DNA of 20,000 nt from an uncultured virus (IMG/VR IMGVR_UViG_3300020049_004016) (taxonomy: Duplodnaviria; Heunggongvirae; Uroviricota; Caudoviricetes), in IMG/VR virus record IMGVR_UViG_3300020049_004016, one strand, 5' to 3'. The translations under genes and the position numbers were made by a program. Positions 15,004 to 20,000 of the stretch are shown here, one piece after another; position 1 is the stretch's first letter, and each line of letters opens with the position of its first letter. The notes beneath the pieces were generated by a model. That model ran no database searches, was not told the DNA's origin, and saw nothing but the letters and a program-made list of their open reading frames with translations.

Positions 15004-17455
15004 GATCGCGGTAGGTCGCGCGGACAAGGGGGTTATTGAGAACATCGAGAAGAGTTGGGCGGGGTTGGTTAAGGGGTTTACTCGGCACAAAGTGAGCGCG
15101 AAGAAAGGTGGTGCGTTTTTCGTCGGAGGTTCTTTTAAGGGGGCTCGAAGAGTGGAAGACGAGCTAGTGTCGCGGTCGTTATTGACCTTGGATATTGACG
15201 ATTCTGGCATGACGTTGGGCGAGTTGCAGTTAGGCTTGCAATTAGGGTTAGATTGTGCCTTCGTGGCTTACTCGACTTACTCACACTCGGTGGACGTACC
15301 GAAGATACGTGTTATCGTTCCGTTGTCAAGTGATATTAAAGCGTGCGATTACAGAGACTTATCGATGAAAGTCTGTTCTGGTATCGGTATCAAGGTGGAC
15401 GCGTGTTCGTTCAAGGCCAACCAGCTCATGTACATGCCGACCGCAGCGGATTTGGACGGGGTGTGGACTTTCGTGCAAGATGGTGATCCGTATTTGGTTG
15501 ACGAATTAGTGGGTGTTGATGGGGTGGTTGGAGTTGGTGTTGGTGTTGATGTTGCGGCTGTGGAGTCTAACGACGAGGCTCAGGGGCTGATAGACGCGCT
15601 GAAGGAAGAGCCCTTGGATATCTCTGACGCTGAGGTGGACGCGTATTTAGTCGCTTATCCAGCACTGGGGTTGTCGTACGATGACTGGTTCAAAGTGGGG
15701 TGCTCGTTGCATCACCAGTTTAGAGGGTCGGAGGCGGGTTTTGTTAGGTGGTACGAGTGGTCTTTGTTAGGTAAGTTTGATGAAGACGAAGACAAGATGC
15801 GGAGGAAGTGGCCTGGGTTGGGTAAGCGCGAGAATATTCGCACTTTCGCATCGGTTAAGTGGTCTGTGAAGGATCGTTTTGGGATTGTTTTGGATCGTGA
15901 AGTGGCGATTCGGGCAGATTTGTTTGATGATCTGTTAGTAGAGGCTTCAAATATCGACGATATGGGGTCATACAGCGCGTTTAAGACGAAAATACTCAAA
16001 ATCAATGCTACGGTACTGGGTAGCGATTTACGGGGCATGTTGGCCTCTGAGTTGGCTAATTCGTTTGGTAAGAGTGTTGGGATAACCAAGGCAGAGATTA
16101 AGAAGGCGTTAACACCTGTTAAGGGAGGTGGTGATTTTAGCAGGGGTGGTGATGAAGGTGATCTTCCTGGGTGGTTGGTAGGGTGGATCTACGTTGAGTC
16201 GCAGCTCTTGTTTTACCACGTTGAGTTAAATTACGGGATAAGACGGGAGGCGTTTAACGCCAAGTATGACAGGGAAGATGAATGCACGGGTGCGGGGATG
16301 CAGGCTTCTCATGTCGCGCTTGTTGTTTTTAAGATAGAGACAGTGGTCGATACGATTTATTGGGCTGGTGGCGCGGAAATACTTAGGTATGAGGGTAAGT
16401 CTATGCTTAACACTTATCGTCGCGTAGGGGTGGCTCCTTGTTCGAATTTGGGGTGGTTTAGCGAGGGTTCGGAGATCGTTGGGTTATTTCGTCGACATTT
16501 AGAGTTGTTGATTGAAGATCCGAAAGAGCAGGATCTTTTGTTGCATTCGTTGGTGTTTATTTACCAGAACCCTGGTAGGAAGATGAACTGGTCGATTGTG
16601 TTGCAGGGTGTACCAGGGTCGGGTAAGACTTATTTTGCAGATGTGATGAAGTTGTTGCTTGGGGATGGTGTGCGGTCTTTGGGTGCGAGTTCGATTGGTG
16701 GACGGTTTAACGGTTGGGCGACAGGGTGTTTACTTAACGTCGTTGAAGAGATACGGGTTGCAGGGTCAAATCGATATGAAATACTCGACATGATTAAACC
16801 GTTGATCTCGAACGATATGATACAGATTGAAGAGAAGGGGAAGGATCATAGGACAGTGCCTAACTTTACGTCGTATTTGATGCTGACTAACCACAAAGAC
16901 GCGTTGCCGTTGGGTGATAACGATAGGCGTTACTGCGTTATCTTTTCAAAGATACAGACCGAAGAGCAGTTATATGAGGTTTTTGGAGGTGAGGAAGGCA
17001 CAGAGCGTTATTTTGATACGTTGTTCGGGAAGAGTCGAAAACATTCGGACGAGTTAGCACGTTTCTTTACCGATTACGTTTTACCTGAGTCTTTTAAGCC
17101 GTTCGGACGTGCACCGGTGACTGTCGCTAAGGAAGAGATGAAAGAATTAGCGATCAGTGGTCCTCGGCAGGTTCTTGAAGATTTGTTAGATAAACATCGC
17201 TGCGGTTGCATTACGAAAGATTTTATTGATGTGTCGTATTTGAATGATTTGTGTGAAGGTTTGGGTGATGAAGTTCCGAAAAGAAAAGGGTTGTCATCAA
17301 TTTTATTAGAAATGGGTTATCGGCAGATGAAGGGGCGATATTTCAGAACTTACAAACCGGAAAGAAAACATTACATGTGGGTGAAGGAGGGTAAGAAAGA
17401 TGAGTGGGTGATTGAGCAAGTTAAAAAGTTTTTGAAAGATGATGGTGAGATTTGA
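14987..17455 (+). CDS. primase-helicase (prim-pol-like N-terminus, PriCT-2, DUF5906-type P-loop helicase)
   Basis: LDID, YSTYSH, PKIRV; YDDWFKVG.SLHH..W.EWS; QGVPGSGKT Walker A, VVEE, IEEKG, DRRY. Confidence 0.9.
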   Translation: MTRLYKIAVGRADKGVIENIEKSWAGLVKGFTRHKVSAKKGGAFFVGGSFKGARRVEDELVSRSLLTLDIDDSGMTLGELQLGLQLGLDCAFVAYSTYSHSVDVPKIRVIVPLSSDIKACDYRDLSMKVCSGIGIKVDACSFKANQLMYMPTAADLDGVWTFVQDGDPYLVDELVGVDGVVGVGVGVDVAAVESNDEAQGLIDALKEEPLDISDAEVDAYLVAYPALGLSYDDWFKVGCSLHHQFRGSEAGFVRWYEWSLLGKFDEDEDKMRRKWPGLGKRENIRTFASVKWSVKDRFGIVLDREVAIRADLFDDLLVEASNIDDMGSYSAFKTKILKINATVLGSDLRGMLASELANSFGKSVGITKAEIKKALTPVKGGGDFSRGGDEGDLPGWLVGWIYVESQLLFYHVELNYGIRREAFNAKYDREDECTGAGMQASHVALVVFKIETVVDTIYWAGGAEILRYEGKSMLNTYRRVGVAPCSNLGWFSEGSEIVGLFRRHLELLIEDPKEQDLLLHSLVFIYQNPGRKMNWSIVLQGVPGSGKTYFADVMKLLLGDGVRSLGASSIGGRFNGWATGCLLNVVEEIRVAGSNRYEILDMIKPLISNDMIQIEEKGKDHRTVPNFTSYLMLTNHKDALPLGDNDRRYCVIFSKIQTEEQLYEVFGGEEGTERYFDTLFGKSRKHSDELARFFTDYVLPESFKPFGRAPVTVAKEEMKELAISGPRQVLEDLLDKHRCGCITKDFIDVSYLNDLCEGLGDEVPKRKGLSSILLEMGYRQMKGRYFRTYKPERKHYMWVKEGKKDEWVIEQVKKFLKDDGEI

Positions 17456-17484
17456 TTTTGTAGCACGGGTGGTTGGAAATATCC

Positions 17485-17824
17485 ACCGCCCCAACCGCCT
17501 TTAATCAACGCCCATAAAAAAATGGTTATGGGCGTTGGTAACTTATTGATTTTTATTTATTTTATATACTATACCGCCCCAAAGCCTCAATAATATTATA
17601 AAAAGTATATTAGGAATTTAAAATATATTTTTTTAGTTTTATAATTTTACACATAGATATTTTTTTTTTTTCATAGTAAGAGTATGAAAAGTTATGGGCG
17701 GTGCTTTTATGGGCGTTGAAGAGTGCTGAAGTCAAGAGTACCAAGGTGTGGAGAGCCGCCCACAATAGTTTTTTTAATGGGCGGTTAACGCCTTTTATAG
17801 GTTATTTTAAAGTTACCGCCCCAA
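17485..17824. repeat. iteron-like CGCCC repeats flanking an AT-rich core; candidate replication origin
   Basis: ACCGCCCCAA at 17485, 17573, 17815; TTATGGGCG at 17526, 17692, 17707; AT-rich 17588-17690. Confidence 0.65.
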
Positions 17825-17849
17825 TCATTTTAATTTTTAGGAGAAAAAC

Positions 17850-18317
17850 ATGCGACACGGTGGAGGAAATACTCACTGCGAAAAGAAGCCAGAACCGGAA
17901 AATAATTTTGATCCGGAGACTGGTTTATATCATTATCGACAAATTGGCGGTTTTAATTGGGTACCGAGATGCCTCGGCTATAAGCCAAAATCGACAATTC
18001 AATGCGGTTTTGTCGCTCTAAAAAGTTCGAGAACTCAAAAATGTGTACGACATGGAGGCAATTCTGGGCATAAAAAGAACCCGACTTTGGCTAAAATTAA
18101 GACAAAAACAGGTGAATTTACGCGTGAGAAGAACGCTGCGAAGGTTCAAAAGAACCTCGATTTACGATTGATGGCCGAGGTTTTAGCGTTGACTGGAGGG
18201 ATAGAAATTGCCAAACCAAAGGGGAGAACGTCTAAAAATTACGTGCCTATCACGAATATTGAGGACGCAGAAAAGTTCCTTTTAGACAAAATGGAGCGAG
18301 ATTCTAAGAAGAAATGA
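17850..18317 (+). CDS. HGGxSTG-domain protein
   Basis: PRC-x10-C-x12-CVRHGGNSG; AGGAG RBS. Confidence 0.75.
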   Translation: MRHGGGNTHCEKKPEPENNFDPETGLYHYRQIGGFNWVPRCLGYKPKSTIQCGFVALKSSRTQKCVRHGGNSGHKKNPTLAKIKTKTGEFTREKNAAKVQKNLDLRLMAEVLALTGGIEIAKPKGRTSKNYVPITNIEDAEKFLLDKMERDSKKK

Positions 18318-18491
18318 GTTATTAAAACCTTATGATTTTGCTTTTGTCGGTACGATCATAAGGTGTGTTCCTATCACCCTATGAATAGATAAATATCGCT
18401 CAAAGGGTTATAGATCGCCCGTTCCTAACACAATATGAATAGATACTAGCTAGGCCTATCACGAATATTGTCGCCAGGATCCTGAGATTTT

Positions 18492-18878
18492 TTATAGTTT
18501 ACCCATGATATAAAAAACATGGCGCCCGATAGTTTTGACTTTTTTGCCTCGATCATGAGGTATTTTTTGGACGTTCCAACTATCGGCTGTGCCTATCGTA
18601 CTACTAGAGTGCAATGAGAGCTTGGCAAGTTGATAAAAGAAAGGTTTTAATGCCTTGTTTGGTGGTTTACGCGTTACGCCTTTTATATAGCATACGGGCA
18701 AGCCAGACCGTTTGGAGCGGTTTAACGATGCGTGTGCAACTGCTATCATCCCAAGTTTACTTTCGCCCCGTGACTCGCTGTAAATGATATCTGCAAGGCA
18801 TTTTACCTGGCTGCTTTGCGCGTGGGTAATAGTTGGTACGCATAATAGAACGCTGGATAATATTATTTTCTTAAGCAT
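18492..18878 (-). CDS. cell wall hydrolase (SleB/Hydrolase_2 family)
   Basis: Signal peptide; CLADIIYSESRGE, AVAH..LNR, IGRHVFY. Confidence 0.85.
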   Translation of the reverse strand: MLKKIILSSVLLCVPTITHAQSSQVKCLADIIYSESRGESKLGMIAVAHASLNRSKRSGLPVCYIKGVTRKPPNKALKPFFYQLAKLSLHSSSTIGTADSWNVQKIPHDRGKKVKTIGRHVFYIMGKL

Positions 18879-18905
18879 ATTTTAAAACCTTTAAATTCTA
18901 GACAC

Positions 18906-18940
18906 AAAAAAGGGTAGCTTTTAATAATTAAGCTACCCTT
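18906..18940 (-). terminator. intrinsic terminator
   Basis: 11-bp stem AAGGGTAGCTT/AAGCTACCCTT followed by a T run on the minus strand. Confidence 0.75.
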
Positions 18941-18951
18941 AAGGGGATAAT

Positions 18952-19176
18952 TTAAGGTTTTAAATGTTTAAACTTGCCAAATCTAACATCGTAATCAAAA
19001 TCAATCCACTCTTTACATTTATCAATGGTTTTATAAACCGAATTGTTATGAATGCCTGATATTGTAAAACCTTTTAAAAGAATGTTTTTAGTTATCCCGT
19101 CTTTTGTTTCTGTTTTACAATGATTGCTAATTACACAATGTTTATACCTTATTATTGTTGTTGTTAGTTCTATCAT
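18952..19176 (-). CDS. hypothetical protein
   Basis: ORF track 74 aa, tightly packed. Confidence 0.6.
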   Translation of the reverse strand: MIELTTTIIRYKHCVISNHCKTETKDGITKNILLKGFTISGIHNNSVYKTIDKCKEWIDFDYDVRFGKFKHLKP

Positions 19177-19177
19177 T

Positions 19178-19387
19178 TTATTTAATCCTTTTCATTTCTT
19201 GAAAACTGTCAGTCTCTGTTACCAGTTTTGAAACTGTATACAGGTTGCCATCCATTATCAAAAACAAACCCTGTTTAGTCCTTTGTATTACCACAAGATC
19301 TTTATCAATCGGGTAGTAAGACCCAGCCATAAAATCAAGGATTAAAACAAGGATTATTGATAATAGTATTAATATTTTATTTTTCAT
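19178..19387 (-). CDS. small membrane-anchored protein
   Basis: N-terminal hydrophobic helix; AAGGA RBS. Confidence 0.65.
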   Translation of the reverse strand: MKNKILILLSIILVLILDFMAGSYYPIDKDLVVIQRTKQGLFLIMDGNLYTVSKLVTETDSFQEMKRIK

Positions 19388-19401
19388 GGTCTTTTATCCT
19401 T

Positions 19402-19611
19402 TTATATTTTATAAAATCGATTGTTTTTATAGTGGTAACTTATAACCAATTCGTCCGGTAAATCGTCATAAACCGCATAAATTTTTATGAGATAATCATA
19501 ACCTGGACGCTTACAAGCATTTTTTAAGTCGTGTATATTCGTTCCGTTAACGCTTTCTTTTACCACATTATAATAATTGCTTATATCCGCTTTATATTTC
19601 ATTCTATCCAC
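19402..19611 (-). CDS. hypothetical protein
   Basis: ORF track 69 aa; exact start uncertain. Confidence 0.55.
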   Translation of the reverse strand: MDRMKYKADISNYYNVVKESVNGTNIHDLKNACKRPGYDYLIKIYAVYDDLPDELVISYHYKNNRFYKI

Positions 19612-19691
19612 CTTTATATTTAAAATTAACGTATGATTTTTTCTTGAGTGAAAACCTAACGAACGTTCGGTAAGCTTACAATCTTATTAAT

Positions 19692-19736
19692 CAAAAAATA
19701 GTTGTCAACCTAAAATCACCCGCTAGGTTGACAACT
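19692..19736 (-). terminator. terminator hairpin with embedded TTGACA
   Basis: 13-bp stem AGTTGTCAACCTA/TAGGTTGACAACT followed by ATTTTTT on the minus strand. Confidence 0.65.
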
Positions 19737-19747
19737 GTATAAAAAAA

Positions 19748-20000
19748 CTACAATTCTAAAGCTATTCCAGCCTTCTTTTTATAGGTGCCATGAACACGAA
19801 ACCCTATAATATAATCACGGTCTACTTTTTGGCATAACGTGCAAGAACTGCAGGTAGTTTTATCATTGGTTTGGGCGGGACAAACTACCACTTTGTTACC
19901 TTTATGTGTATAACTTACTTTGTCTGTATCTTCTGATACGATAACAACTACCGGCCCGATGTTTAAATCTTTATAATAATCCGCTTTTTTCAGATCATTA
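19748..20000 (-). CDS. partial (5'-truncated) Cys-rich phage protein, gp88/DUF7227-like C-terminus
   Basis: Manual translation ...VVVCPAQTNDKTTCSSCTLCQK..IIGFRVHG...; open to the window edge. Confidence 0.65.
   Translation of the reverse strand, partial: NDLKKADYYKDLNIGPVVVIVSEDTDKVSYTHKGNKVVVCPAQTNDKTTCSSCTLCQKVDRDYIIGFRVHGTYKKKAGIALEL

Noticed and set aside
15505..15560. VGVDGVVGVGVGVDV repeat in the primase
   Set aside because: A low-complexity interdomain linker consistent with the gene's G/T bias.
14959..17494. Minus-strand ORFs 14959-15210, 15712-16089 and 17306-17494
   Set aside because: They lie antisense to the primase-helicase gene.
17701..18021. 106-aa plus-strand ORF
   Set aside because: It starts within the origin-like repeats and overlaps the HGGxSTG gene out of frame.

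Overview
Replication and early region of a tailed dsDNA phage (Caudoviricetes-like; host not identifiable from sequence). The long leftward block carries a DUF2800/Cas4-like exonuclease, a DUF2815 SSB, a Rha protein, an HNH-AP2 endonuclease, a family-B-type DNA polymerase split in two by a GIY-YIG endonuclease gene, a VRR-NUC nuclease and an SNF2-like helicase. A divergent rightward unit has a Cro-like HTH, a primase-helicase, a repeat-rich origin-like region and an HGGxSTG protein. A leftward tail includes a SleB-like hydrolase. Highlights: (1) two paralogous ~110-nt leader RNAs with compensatory base changes (c4/CI-antisense-like) upstream of the HNH and rha genes; (2) an intron-less split polymerase whose halves end and begin with complementary coiled-coil heptads; (3) six 'MSKERELL..LAQPE..PLS..HGIG' modular paralogs whose gene ends double as the next gene's RBS/start, one block flanked by a 13-bp direct repeat; (4) repeated promoters with a palindromic operator over the -10 box, whose -35 box supplies the stop codon of three unrelated upstream genes. 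All family calls are from motif recognition, not database searches.
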